The translations under genes were made by a program, and so were the position numbers. DNA of 63,893 nucleotides, counting the filler, from Rhabdomonas costata (Eukaryota), in the NCBI GenBank assembly GCA_019059605.1. It is 22 parts of 22 records of this genome, joined end to end, with 100 filler letters (N's around TTAATTAATTAA, not from the genome) between each part and the next. Parts side by side here need not be neighbours in the genome. Positions count along the whole stretch, not along the records: positions 52,398 to 55,196 come from JAHMHO010002033.1; positions 55,297 to 58,097 come from JAHMHO010002034.1; positions 58,198 to 60,997 come from JAHMHO010002035.1; positions 61,098 to 63,893 come from JAHMHO010002036.1; 18 more parts are not named here. One strand, given 5' to 3'. Shown here piece after piece: positions 52,452-63,893 of this stretch (within the stretch, counting starts at the first letter, position 1; every line of letters starts with the position of its first letter). The notes below the pieces were generated by a model, which did no database searches, was not told where the DNA came from, and saw only the letters and a program-made list of their open reading frames with translations.

Positions 52452-55190
52452 TTACATTGGTGTAGAGCATTGTTGGTAGTGCGGAACAACACTCAAATTT
52501 GTACCTCTGAGATCCACTTGTAAAAGATATGGTGCAAGTATGTTTTTTGGTAAAGCAGTCTCCTTAGCGAGCTCCGATTGAAGCCGCAGAAGTAGATGTT
52601 GCACAGCTGCTATACTATGGTCACCAAGGTGAACAACATCATTCCAGACAACATCACATGTCGCCATTGCTAATATGCTTATTTGGCAATGGATGCTTCC
52701 GTTATTCACTGGCTGGAGTGAATCATTATGGCGCAGGACAGCTCGAGGGGGAATTGCAGCCTTTTTAGTTGTGTTCCGCCATTCCACGATGACAACATGA
52801 TAATGAGTGCCAGCTGCTCCACTGTTCTCACTGTAGTGTTCTGGATTAACACGCCCACTCTCAAGGTAATATTTTGTGTGATCGCCACTCTTTAGTGAAG
52901 TATAGCGAGAATCGCCTTTCGCAGCCCTATTGCTTGTCAAAGAAGTAAATGGAGCGCGAATGTGGGGATTTCCCATGAGTTTTGTTGTTATTTCCAGGAT
53001 TCCTTTTTCTGTGACTACTTTCTCTCGTCTGAGAACGTGCTGACTGCCTATTCGATCACGGCTGAGTGCATTGAATCGCGGAGAACTTTTTTTCTTGAAA
53101 CATGGTGAGCATTTTGTTTTAGGAAATGTCAGACTCTGAGCAGGCCCAGGATAGCGCAAAGGTACATTTGGGTGGCAGCATGCCCAGATGTTTCAAATGG
53201 TGGTAAAAATTGTTTTGTACCACACTGGCCAGAATCGTAGCTCTTCCATGACAAAGTTAAACATCAGCTGTTTGGGACATTAGAAGTACAATCGGCATGT
53301 GAGAGGGCTGGTATACAGAAGTACTTGCTCGTCACCAAAAAGAGGTGATAATCGGCGAATCCTCTGTACGCACCAAGAGCAAAGTTGGCCTTGTGAGAAT
53401 CGAGGTTGAACGACAGCACAATCTTTAGAGTTCACCTTGGCGAGTGTGTGTATTCAGTGTGGTTTCGGGGTTTTGGATCAAACAGCGGCACAGAATTCTT
53501 CCGAATACTCATGGAACTCGGTGGCCATGAACAATTGGTCGACCAGGAGCTTTTCGTCTGCAAATGCAGCTCTGAAATACACACAATAACATAGGAGGTC
53601 AAAGAGACCGTTTGCAATCATGTTTTCCACTGCTGTCTGATCTTTTGACTTTACCTGGTATGAACCAAAAATTGTGAACCAAAAATAATCGCTCAGCTGC
53701 ACAAAGTAAAGCTCAGGTGGTCGCAAACAATATTTAGTCACCTGGTCCGCATTGTAGCGTTGAGTTTTCCACATTCCCAAAGTTGTGATCTGGTCTGGTC
53801 GATGTTCTCGTGTGGGTGAAGAGGTGTCCATGTGTCACAGATGTTGTTATATTTCGCTCCACATATTAAAGGACACCAGGTTCCCATTTGGACTTGAGAG
53901 TGACAAAACGGTCCTCCATTGGCCATGTGTTCATATGCATCGTATCAAACGGTGAGTACACCGTGTACAATCCAAAGCAATGAAATAGCATTTCCGGGAT
54001 ATTAATGAGCTCTCCGATGCTGTCTGCTTTCAGTTGCTTCATTCGCTTTATTTTTGTGATCCGCAGGTCTTCGGCATCTACTGCGTAATAGATCGCTGAC
54101 CTTTGTCTCATGCTTACCACGCAGCGTTCCTACTTCTCCGCTTCATAATTGACGAGGTAAGACAAAACAAACCTTCCACTGACAACTTGAGCGTTGCCGT
54201 GTGACTCTGTGGCGTTAAATAGTTGTGGTGAAAATAATCTGACTAAATTGCAATCAAAGCCTCGCCTGAGGCAATGTTTGAGCTCTGTCAAGATGCGATT
54301 GAGGTGAACTTCCCCTGTGGTAGATCATTTATAAGCCAGATTGCACCTGAACAAGATATTTTCCATGTCGGGTAGAATTTCCACTTTCAGTGGGACGTGA
54401 TCTGGTGAGTCGTTGCACGGCCAGGGAGCTCCCATTCTGCAGTACCAAAAGATGGTACATTTAGCACCGCAGTTGTGGATATGAATGTCCGAAGCAAGTG
54501 CCTTTAAAGCTGCAGTCCGCTCCGAGTTCACGATGTTCTGAAATCCTCCTGTGATGTCGCAGTTTTGCGCGAGAGAGCTGCCTCGAAGTATTCGTGAAAA
54601 TTGCCATATTGGGATCTCCAACATTCTCACACGTCCATACAAAAAATGAAAATGGCTGAGGTTTCCGGTGTCCGGATGAAATTCATGGCGTTCCCAGATG
54701 TCTGTGACGTTTCCCAAAGGCTTCTCCTCAGAGTGTTGAATCCAGTCAAGGAATAGCCTTTTAACACGATGCCAGGTCCGCGTTATGGCGAAAGAAAAGG
54801 GATCAGCTCTGTAGTTGGCGATTTCCTGTGTATGTATGTCATCGACACCTGGGAAACGATTTTGGTTGCATATTGCTGTGGCAAAGTAGGTCGGAAGCTT
54901 AACTTTGGCGTGGACCTCGCGTTTGTTGGATATGACGATGGGCATCATGGTGTTGCCTAAACGCTCCTCATATTCCCAATTGGATTGCGTAAAGCATTTT
55001 CCGGTCCTTTCTTCACAATGACGTTGAAGTTGCGTCCTCTATCCGTGACCAACGCCAGAAGCACATTGAACCAAAGAAACGTTCGCAGATCGTGTTCCCT
55101 TAACAGCACAAAGGACCTGCTTAACGTAGTCGTGGAACATCACGTACTTTGTCCCCGCTCTTTTGCTTTTTGAGTAGTGATTCAGTGATT
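52452..55190 (-). mobile_element. Decayed Helitron-type rolling-circle transposon (HUH Rep region)
   Basis: Intronless and broken by stops/frameshifts. Motif 1 YFATAICNQ, motif 2 IWERHEFHPDTGNLSHFHFL, HNC...C...C.C, motif 3 SYLVNY (~54170-54145, after a frameshift), then IPEML and DQVTKYCLRPPEL. No helicase in the contig. Confidence 0.75.
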
Positions 55191-55871
55191 CAGAGGNNNN
55201 NNNNNNNNNNNNNNNNNNNNNNNNNNNNNNNNNNNNNNNNTTAATTAATTAANNNNNNNNNNNNNNNNNNNNNNNNNNNNNNNNNNNNNNNNNNNNTGTG
55301 TTTTTTCTTGAGAACAAAAGCCGAGCATTGGAAGTGATCCTCACCTCAGGCAAATTCTCAGACTCTGCGTGGAAGGAGTATGTGGAAGAGAATACAAGTG
55401 GTGCCAATGTGACCAAACGACCATCGTCACCGTCAGGTAGGGTTATGACCACCTGCAAGCTCTTTACCTTGCACACTGACACTGCACACCTGTTTAATCT
55501 AAAACAGACCTGAGGGCTTCGGCGTTATCCTATGACATGACATTGGGTACTCGCCACACCACCATTCTGAAATGAAAAATCGATGTCTTGTCCCTATGTC
55601 TCAGCGTCCGTCCTGTGAGGTAACCAAATCACGCCTTGGTCAACGTCTTTGTCATGGATAGCTGGAAATCCGCACTCCCTAGATATGCCCCCATTCTCAA
55701 CTTGAGCTTTTGCTTTGTAAATGCCCAGGACAACGCCACCTTCCAGGAAGGAGAACAAGAGCCCTGTTTACCCCTTTTTGTAAGGGCGCAGGGTTCATAT
55801 TGGTCACCTTGCTTGTGTGTGTGTGAAAAGTGTCCCGTGTCCCCGCCATGGTTGCGTTTTGCGATGCTGAG

Positions 55872-56480
55872 GTGCTGTTTTGGTACGGCAGGCTTCTGCC
55901 TCGCCATGCAGGACACTCCTCCACGAAAAGTGGTCCTCAGTGACGGCAACGCGGCGGTGGTACAAAACGCCCAACAGAACGTCTCCGCCAACGCTGCCCT
56001 GTGGGCCCCTGAGTGCGAGGTGTTGCCTCGTTTTATTGGGCGTTTCTTCTGAAGGATATAGGGAGCTTTGCGTGTGCTGAATGCCGGCGCTGGGGTGCCA
56101 GGTGACCTGCCTGTCTCACTTGCGCACCCTGGGCACCGTGTGTCGGCTAGCTAGCCGCTGCTCGACCTGTACTTAGCATAACGGTTCGCGGTCAAGTGTC
56201 AAGTGTGCCATGCCTGAAACCGTTTGGTGTGTGTCTTTATTGTATGATGCTTCTTTTTCGCATCCTTTTCAGCTTTCCGCTGTCCAAGTGCTATGGCATA
56301 AGCGGGAGACTTTTGCCCCAGTGGGGTGGGTGGACACGATTGTGGGTTCTGACCTGCTCTTCTTCCGGGAGTACCACGAGTCTTTGGTCTCTCTTCTGGC
56401 TCACTTTCTTGAGGCCAACCGAGCGCTTGAAGTTGTGCTGGTTCAACCCAACCGTGGGGGTACGGCGCAGGAGTTTCTTG
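55872..56480 (+). CDS. Family-16 lysine methyltransferase, calmodulin-lysine N-methyltransferase-like, internal exons
   Basis: Exons 55872-56019 (CCFGTAGF...VVLSDGN...QNV..N) and 56273-56480 (VLW...VDTIVGSDLLFFREYHESL...QPNRGGTAQEFL). Confidence 0.75.
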
Positions 56481-57031
56481 GTATGGACCTATACAAACGG
56501 CATACCCCCCTGCTAGAAATCTTCTTCTATCCTTTGGGCCGGGATTCCGAAGGGCTGCCATATACACCTATATAGAGTCGTCGTTTGGTTTCTGTTTCCC
56601 ACACAGTCCAACACCCGTGGTGAGATTGAAGTCCAGTGGCAGCTTCAGTAAGGAGATGGGACGAGCGGTAGGGTCTGCGACGGTGGCAAACCACCGGAAG
56701 AAGTATATGTTTGGGTACACCCGTACCGGAAGGGACAAGGGGTGGTTAAAAGTGGTGTTGGTCCTGGAGGGACCTGGGGGCCTGGGAACCAGGGGGTATC
56801 GCGGGACCCAACTATGCGGCCTTGCACGTTTCAGGACTTGCGGTCCACAATAGCGGGGTAATACCGGTAGCCCAATATAGCCCTCGATTCATGGGGAAGG
56901 ATGGGCGAGGATATCACTGCAGCCGTCACCCTCCTCCCCCACAACACCAAGGGCTGGTGACAAGCCATTTTAAACTGTGCGAACGTTTGCTTTGTGTTGT
57001 GTCTGCGTTAATTTGCACCACACAGGGCAAG

Positions 57032-57553
57032 TTAAGGCAACTGAAGACTGCATTTTGATGCTAATGCGCCCCCGGGCGAAACAGGGCCATTCTGGACGCG
57101 GCGTAAGTAATGTTTTCCGGGATCTAAATACCACGACTCGTGATGGCCCGACCTGTTTGGGCACCTCATGACTACAGATCTGCCCCTCTCAGAGTCTGTA
57201 GCATCCGGAAGTCTGTAGCGTGGTGCAAGGGCCCATTCAACAGATATCAGTATAGCTGTAACCAATAGAAACAATAAGCCGACAATAACAAGCCAATCGC
57301 TTGACTTGGTTCTGTTCAGTATCATTACAAACTCAGCGGGTTCTGATTCTAACTGTGGTGTCTCTGTATGCAAACCCTTTGCCAGGTAAGCTCGAAAATT
57401 CCATTGTGACTTAAAGGCTAGTGGATTCGTGCATTGTGTTTCTGGATGGGGGGTTGCAGCCATCGCCCACTCCAAGGGCCTTTTCTTTGAGCAAGGCGGT
57501 GCTATGGGTCCGGTGGTTGATACTGCGCTGGAGCGCTGCCTTCCGGCAGACAC
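57032..57553 (-). CDS. Possible terminal exon of a membrane protein
   Basis: 173-aa open frame containing the hydrophobic stretch WLVIVGLLFLLVTAILISVEW; 5' boundary unknown. Confidence 0.3.
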   Translation of the reverse strand: MSAGRQRSSAVSTTGPIAPPCSKKRPLEWAMAATPHPETQCTNPLAFKSQWNFRAYLAKGLHTETPQLESEPAEFVMILNRTKSSDWLVIVGLLFLLVTAILISVEWALAPRYRLPDATDSERGRSVVMRCPNRSGHHESWYLDPGKHYLRRVQNGPVSPGGALASKCSLQLP

Positions 57554-59478
57554 ACGACCGTCATTGTTGCGGTTGATGGGGAAAGGGTGAGTGCCTGAGT
57601 GTGTGCCTCACTGCTGAATACACTGTTGCCTGGTATGGTGGCTGGGCACTTTTATGGTTGCTGCTGCATTGCGGCCAAGTGTGGGAGAGAGAGAGAGAGA
57701 GGCAAAAGCCAGCTCTGTGTATGCCAGGGCCATGGCTTGAACGAGTCTGTTTCGATAGGGAAAGCATGTTCCCTATGAAGCATTTTGTCCCTCATCACCT
57801 GTGGAGAAGCAGCGCCGTAACGGTTGACGATACGTTTGAATCGCAATCAATAAGATTTGCCGCCTATTGGTACATTATTATTCACTTTTTTCTGAATGAA
57901 AACATGAATGGATGATTGGAAGTTGCTGGACTGTTTGCTGCTGTAACCTGTAACCGCTGTAACATGGCGTGTAGCGCGCCTGGGGGAGAAAAGAAACGAT
58001 CAAGAAAAACAGACCAGCTGAAAATCCAGAAACTTGTGTGTGCGCGCGCGTGACCCCACCCCCCGGTCAGGTCAGTTGTGGTGATGAACAACAACAANNN
58101 NNNNNNNNNNNNNNNNNNNNNNNNNNNNNNNNNNNNNNNNNTTAATTAATTAANNNNNNNNNNNNNNNNNNNNNNNNNNNNNNNNNNNNNNNNNNNNTTG
58201 TGGGGGGGGAGAGCGATGGAAACCGGCTTTTTCATTGCGCATTTGGCGAGGTAAGGAGTATGGAGAGAGTGGTGTTGTGGAGGAATGGAGAAAGAGGTGC
58301 GATGACAGGAAATGGAGTGATAGGATGCCTCATAGCGTTCAGGGGATAACTTGACATCTGGATTGTTTTGGCAAGTGAACTGGGAGGGAGAGTGATTGTG
58401 ACGTGGGATATGGAGGGAGGAGAGGAAGGGAGGGATGCGATTTCTCTTCTTGGGTTTTGGGATGGGACAACGGAGGGATGGAGAGTGGATGACGACGGAT
58501 AACTGTAACGTCGCCGAGAGAAAGGGGTGAAGACATTGTGGGCTTGGGCATATGGGCTGTGCCGGAGCAGACAAATTCCCTGCACCTTTTGGGCATGTGG
58601 GCAGAGGGTATGTTTGTCACGCAACCCTTCTCCACGTGTCGTTGGGTATTTAGCTTTGACTGTGGCCCACTCATTGACCCCATGTCCTCTTACCTCTCAG
58701 CGTGGTTTCCTGAGTGAGGGAGTGAGGGAAGGGGGTGACGGGTGTTGAGTCCGTCCTCTTTTTCCTCTGCACGTATACTCATGCGTGGGCGTGGGAGTCC
58801 TGAGGGGTGCGATGTCCTCGATCGAGTAAATTTTTCCATGAACGATATCAGAGGAGACGTCGTCACAGTCAGTGTCAAGTATTAACCTTCCATCGTCTCT
58901 TTACTCCACTTCACCGGTGGTTGCACAGTCCTTGCATACTTGTTCCGTCCTTTTCCAACCTGTCGGTTTTAGAGGAAATACAGTTCTCACCCGCGAGGAA
59001 GGCGCCGCTGCACTGCTTGCTTCGCCCGATGCCTCCTCTGGAATGGCACGGCCCAGCTAAGCCCGCCGCTGAGATCCCTTCCCGCCGTACTGCCGCACCT
59101 GTTGTGTGTGTAACTGCTGATGACGATGCGAGTTTCAACCTGAAAGAGGGAAAAGGAAGAAGGGTTCTCAAGGTTTCTCCAGGGACGCTTCATTTCAGAC
59201 AAGTGGTGGTTGAAGCCAGATGTTTTAATGCCAGGAGTCCTGTTCAGGTTACCAAAATCGTCCGAAATGGGGAGGGGGTGACCTACGCTTTATATGTTCA
59301 TGCTGCAGTTCTCCGCATTAACCCACGCGCACACCGGTGTTCTTCTTTTTCCTTTTTAACGGCTTGGCTGGGGCCAATGCCCTTCTTTAACTTTCCCCCA
59401 AGTCCCAGACCTTCGAATTCTTCAGAGTTTTGCCCTGGGTGTGTGTGGTGCACAGCTGGGAGCCCCTTTGTGTTTCTG

Positions 59479-60636
59479 ATGGCCGCCTCCTTGAATGGGG
59501 CCCACACCGTACCGCGTTTGGCGAGCGAGGACGCCGTGATGGACCTCCCCAACGTCGCAGCGCTGATGCCGTTCCCACCACTTGGGTCGTGCTTTGAGCG
59601 TAACTTCCTGCTTTGTGCCCCTATTTTTTTTCGCGATTATCACGAGAACTATTTTGTCCTTTTGCAACTTACGAACGCACAATATTGCACACAAGTATAC
59701 CTCCGCTTTCCCCTTTGTCTCTCCCCCTCGTTTCTGTGTGTGTTTCTCCCCCACGTTTCTGCGTGTCTTTGTGATCCGCGGCTATTATTTTAACAAAAAC
59801 GTTCACATCGAAACTGTTTCGATTCAGCGAGGCCCCGTTGCTTACACACAAACGTTTGGCACCACTGGCCCAGAAGACCAGTCATTCGGTCCTCACCCTG
59901 CATTCCACCCCACCCCACCCCCCCAGGTCTCATGCCATGCACATAAAAGAATCCTTTTTACTTGTTTTCCGCATGAAATTTCTCCGAAGCGAAGCCTCAA
60001 GACCGCTGCAGTTCCCTTTATACAAATCGCCTCGCTGCTTTACATACCCCCCCACACACGCACACACACAGAACACACTTTTGGGGTTGGTGGGAACGAT
60101 TACCAAAAGACAAAAAGGAAGCGCAACCTCAACAGGTCCAACATGATTACACTCAGTAAAACACGCGCGCACGCGCACGCACACACACTCACACAGTACC
60201 ACTCGTACAACATCATCGCATTCCTTCCTCCTTGTTCGGCGCGATCTGTTTTTGGTAAAATGAAGTGGGTGCCAACGTGAAACCTTCCACTGTGTGGGGC
60301 AAGAAGCGGCGCAGAAGGGATACGGGAGCCCCAATGGGCAGCGCAACCGGCCGAAAAGGCAGAAAAAGTCAGGAAATTCTGATCTCAAGCACCAGACACG
60401 CAGCGTTTCGGGATGCCTGCTGTACAAACAACGGAACCAGGCCTTGATACCTTGCCCTCTCCACCAACCTCCGAAAGTTGCACACTCATGCGCACATTCA
60501 TAGCAGCAGCAGCACAAAGTGGATGCTTCCTCTGAACAGTGACTCAGGTGGGCCTTGCGTGGAGAGGCTGGGCAACGCCAACGCGGTGCTGCGGCAGCTT
60601 CTGCTCATGGACGAGCCCTCCTTCTGGGCAAACATG
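59479..60636 (+). CDS. 5' exons of a gene, weakly ASCC2-like N-terminus
   Basis: Exons 59479-59585 and 60540-60636 (phase 2 join): MAASL...[41 protein letters not shown]. The family resemblance (L..LL.....FW) is from memory only. Confidence 0.35.
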
Positions 60637-61365
60637 GTGCTGCTTTGTGCATGGCCCCTCGTTTCGCTTCTCGCCGTTCCATTTCCTTCGATATTCGACA
60701 TCCACAGGGCAGGAAAGGGCATTCACATATTGGCGTGACCAAACGGACTGTCCGATTGCACTCCTTCTTACATTAGCACCTCTAAGTGTTGGTGATGCAT
60801 GAATCGAATCCAAGACTCGCAGGGGGAGGAGTGGACGTCCGTCCATGTCCTCACTTCCTTTTAGCTGTTGTCGCACCCTTCTGTAGTGCCCTTCCAGGGT
60901 TGGCCAATTTTTTTATTCATCGTTCGAAAAAAGAACGTAACTAAAAAAATGTAAAAGAAACGTACAATCCCGGGTTCCCCAAAAACAATAAATATCGNNN
61001 NNNNNNNNNNNNNNNNNNNNNNNNNNNNNNNNNNNNNNNNNTTAATTAATTAANNNNNNNNNNNNNNNNNNNNNNNNNNNNNNNNNNNNNNNNNNNNGGG
61101 TTGGGTGTTTCTCGCGGGATGACATTTGCGCACGCTTGAGCATACTAAAGATAAATAAAACACCGAGAAACACCGATAAAACGATGTGAACCCATTGGGA
61201 GGCCCACTGAATCGCATTGGAGACCTTCATTTCTCGTCCAATTTGGCGTAGAAGACCCATCAGAGGCAAGCAGCACATCTGAATCGCTTTTTTCGGGGGG
61301 GGGGGCTTTTGGCGCTTCGTAAACCTTCATTTACACGGTCATTTTTTGTGCCATTCACAGTCAAT

Positions 61366-63558
61366 TTATGGATTGACACGGTGACACTGGGTCCCGGTGG
61401 GGACCTGCCCAATGGGAAAGGAGGGTCCTCGACTCAACGGCTGCAGCGTTCGGAGGACCCTTTTCCCGTTGAGGCCTGATGGAGAGCTGGTTGGAGACCT
61501 TGGTGAGAGTATCGCCTTTGCTGCTCTTGCCGCCGCCGCACCATTCACGTCTCTAATTCACTCACCTTCTCACGAAAGTGCACAGGAAGACCGCTCTCAT
61601 CCCACGGTATCCTGGCGCGAAGCATCATCCCGTCTCGCACAAACAAACCGCGCTGGCAGAAAATGCGGGGGAGCTGTTGCTCGCTATGGCATAGGGGCTT
61701 GCAGGGGATGCCCAAGGGGCACCTCCAGGAACAGCCCCAGCGTGGGAATACTGCATCATCATAGGCCCCTTAGCAGAAGGTGGTGGAAAAGATGCCCAAC
61801 AAAAGAAACAGGGAGCACGGAAAGAAAAATAGCAGATGGCAAGATCAACACACCTTAATGCTACCAACAGAACGCTCACGTACGTATGTGTCCATGATAT
61901 CAACAAAGAAGCGGCTCGAGCAGAAGGTGGACTTTTTGCTTCTTGAGTTGTTTCTGCTGTTGAGACTCCACTGATCAGGGATGCTTTTTGCTTTTGAACT
62001 CTGCTTTGTACAAACCCATACCGGAGGAAATGAGAAGAGGAGGTAAAGATAACAAGTAGTCATGGGAAGGATTCGGAGAAACCGGGGAAAGTGTTCGCAA
62101 GTGAAACGTTGCGGGATGAGACGTACTTACAAGGAAGGTAGGAGACGAAATGAGCAGAAAGGGTCGCTCACGGCTCAGCCTCGCACTCCAACATCGCCAT
62201 CGCACAACAAAAAGGTTATTGACATCTTCCTCCTCAAAGTGGGCGGGGGGTGAGGGAGGCACTCGGTACAAGGAAGGAAAAGGGCGGGAGAAACAGCCAA
62301 ACTTCATTGCACAGGCGGCACGGGCACAGGCAACGAAACATACCCAAAGTATGGTAACCGCACACAAACACGCACACGCGCACCCACACCCGCACCTACC
62401 CACGGCGCAGCACTGTGAACGTTAAAGAATATAAGAAGTCGTGGTGCGAGTCCGGCCGTCGATTTGAGTGAAGTGTGGGGGCCACCACGCACACACAAAT
62501 CCTGCAAGAACAGAAAAGGCGCGTGAAAGGTTTCCAGGCCACTTATCGATCCCCGAACTTCCATGCACCCTCACAGGCCTCCGCCATGCAGGGCCCTCCT
62601 CGCATCCCACAGAGATCACAGGAGGGTGTGTGTGGCGGAGTCCAAATGGGCAGCAGCAAGAAGCTCACCTGATAGGACCGACCTTCGGCTGCGGGGTTTG
62701 GGCACAGGGGAATGGAGCCTGAGCAACAAATGTTGCGCAGGGATGGCCGAACCGCTAGTCCGCACCACTACGCGGTCCATCGCTGGGGGGGAAGAGGGAC
62801 GGGCTGGGCAGAAAGCGCTCCGTACGCCGAGGTGGATGAGGGGTACGGGGGAGGTGTGGGCACGCGAACAGAGGGAAGCCCTGCGGCAAAAGGACAAGGC
62901 GCTGGGAAACGACACGGTCGTTTCGACAAATTCGTCATCTCGCCCCCCGTGAATGGTCGCACCTTCCGCAAACAATGCACGGGGCTAGAAGCCAAGCATT
63001 TTAGCCCCCTGCTGACAAGTAAATGTAATAAAGCCTATTGGGAGTTCAGCAGCACAACAATTTTTGTCATATTCATATTTATTATTATAAGGATACCAAC
63101 CGTGGCTTCAGAGGAACTAAAACCCCGTTGAAATGCCTCATTTTACCTTTTGCTGCGCTTCAACGCAGGGTTTTCGAGTATTCATGCTGACCACACATGG
63201 CCAAGGTATCACCAAGACACGAGTCGGTAAGTCGAGTTTTTGGCTTCCGCTGGCAGCAACGCCCCACACCCCATTTCATCAATGCACCTGCATCCATCAG
63301 AGCGCTGTACGGAGGGGGTGCCGCCCGCAGCAAAGGTGCTGCAGCCGGGGAGGAAATCGGAACACAGAGTGCAGCGGAGTACTCCCAAGCCGAGCCCCCA
63401 CCCGTGGTGCCGAGTTGAGGACTCACCCTTCCCGGGGAGGGGTACACCGGCGGGGTGGAGCTGGCAAAGGAGGGCCCCATGTAGCCGCCGTGGCCCGAGC
63501 TACCAGCCATTGCGTAGGGGGGCACGTAGGTGGACAGCGGCAGCGGACTCTGGCTCAC
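61366..63558 (-). CDS. Low-complexity Pro/Ser/Gly-rich protein fragments
   Basis: Several GC-rich open segments (YVPPYAMAGSSGHGGY..., PTPPPYPSSTSAYG..., GAPWASPASPY...) separated by intron-like DNA; exon joins not resolved. Confidence 0.35.
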
Positions 63559-63893
63559 GACGGAGCTGGACGGCAGGAAGCTCCAGGTGGAGGACTACCC
63601 AATGAGTCCATAAGGAAGCGTGAGGAAAGGAGAGCCGTGAGACACATGCAACGAAACCGTCAATATAGGGCTCAGGGAAGCAATGCTCAGAACGGAAGCC
63701 AGCGGTTGTGGGTAAACGTAGAGGGCAAGGACCTCTGAAAACCTCAGAAAACACCACAAACTCGGAACTAATGTCTGGCTTGACCTTTGTTTCTTCGAGA
63801 GAGAGAGAGAGAGAGAAGCGCAGTCGGCTCTTTATAAACATGTACCAAATTAAGCAACCGCCCGACCCCCGCAGAGCACTCAGGCAGCACCTA

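Noticed and set aside
58807..60280. Long ORFs of 328 aa and 232 aa as single-exon genes
   Set aside because: They run through pyrimidine-rich intron-like DNA; only short internal exons look coding. The same applies to most ORF-track entries, including microsatellite ORFs (QSIN, NP, VR, poly-L).

Overview
This is not a contiguous locus. It is 22 short (~2.8 kb) contigs of an intron-rich eukaryotic nuclear genome joined by 100-bp artificial linkers (N44-TTAATTAATTAA-N44). Most contig ends carry G/T-only (left) or C/A-only (right) tags, which suggests degenerate-primer whole-genome amplification. The organism is probably a protist and possibly euglenozoan (inference only). Exon reading with GT-AG rules recovers partial genes for a divergent Rab-like GTPase, PUS3, a TRPV-like channel, a coiled-coil protein, a PPP phosphatase, a mitochondrial carrier, Nup96, a protein built from 114-nt six-cysteine exons, a secreted orphan protein, GET3, an RCC1+Tudor-like protein, a catalytically degenerate class II HDAC with a presequence-like N-terminus, and a CaM-KMT-like methyltransferase. 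Mobile DNA includes a 453-bp non-autonomous Merlin-like element with TIRs and TSD, a decayed Helitron-type HUH Rep, several hairpins/inverted repeats and an inward-facing (CCCTAA)n tract. The best leads are the pseudo-HDAC, the modular Cys-exon array, the Helitron-like Rep and the Merlin element. All calls come from manual motif recognition; no database searches were run.
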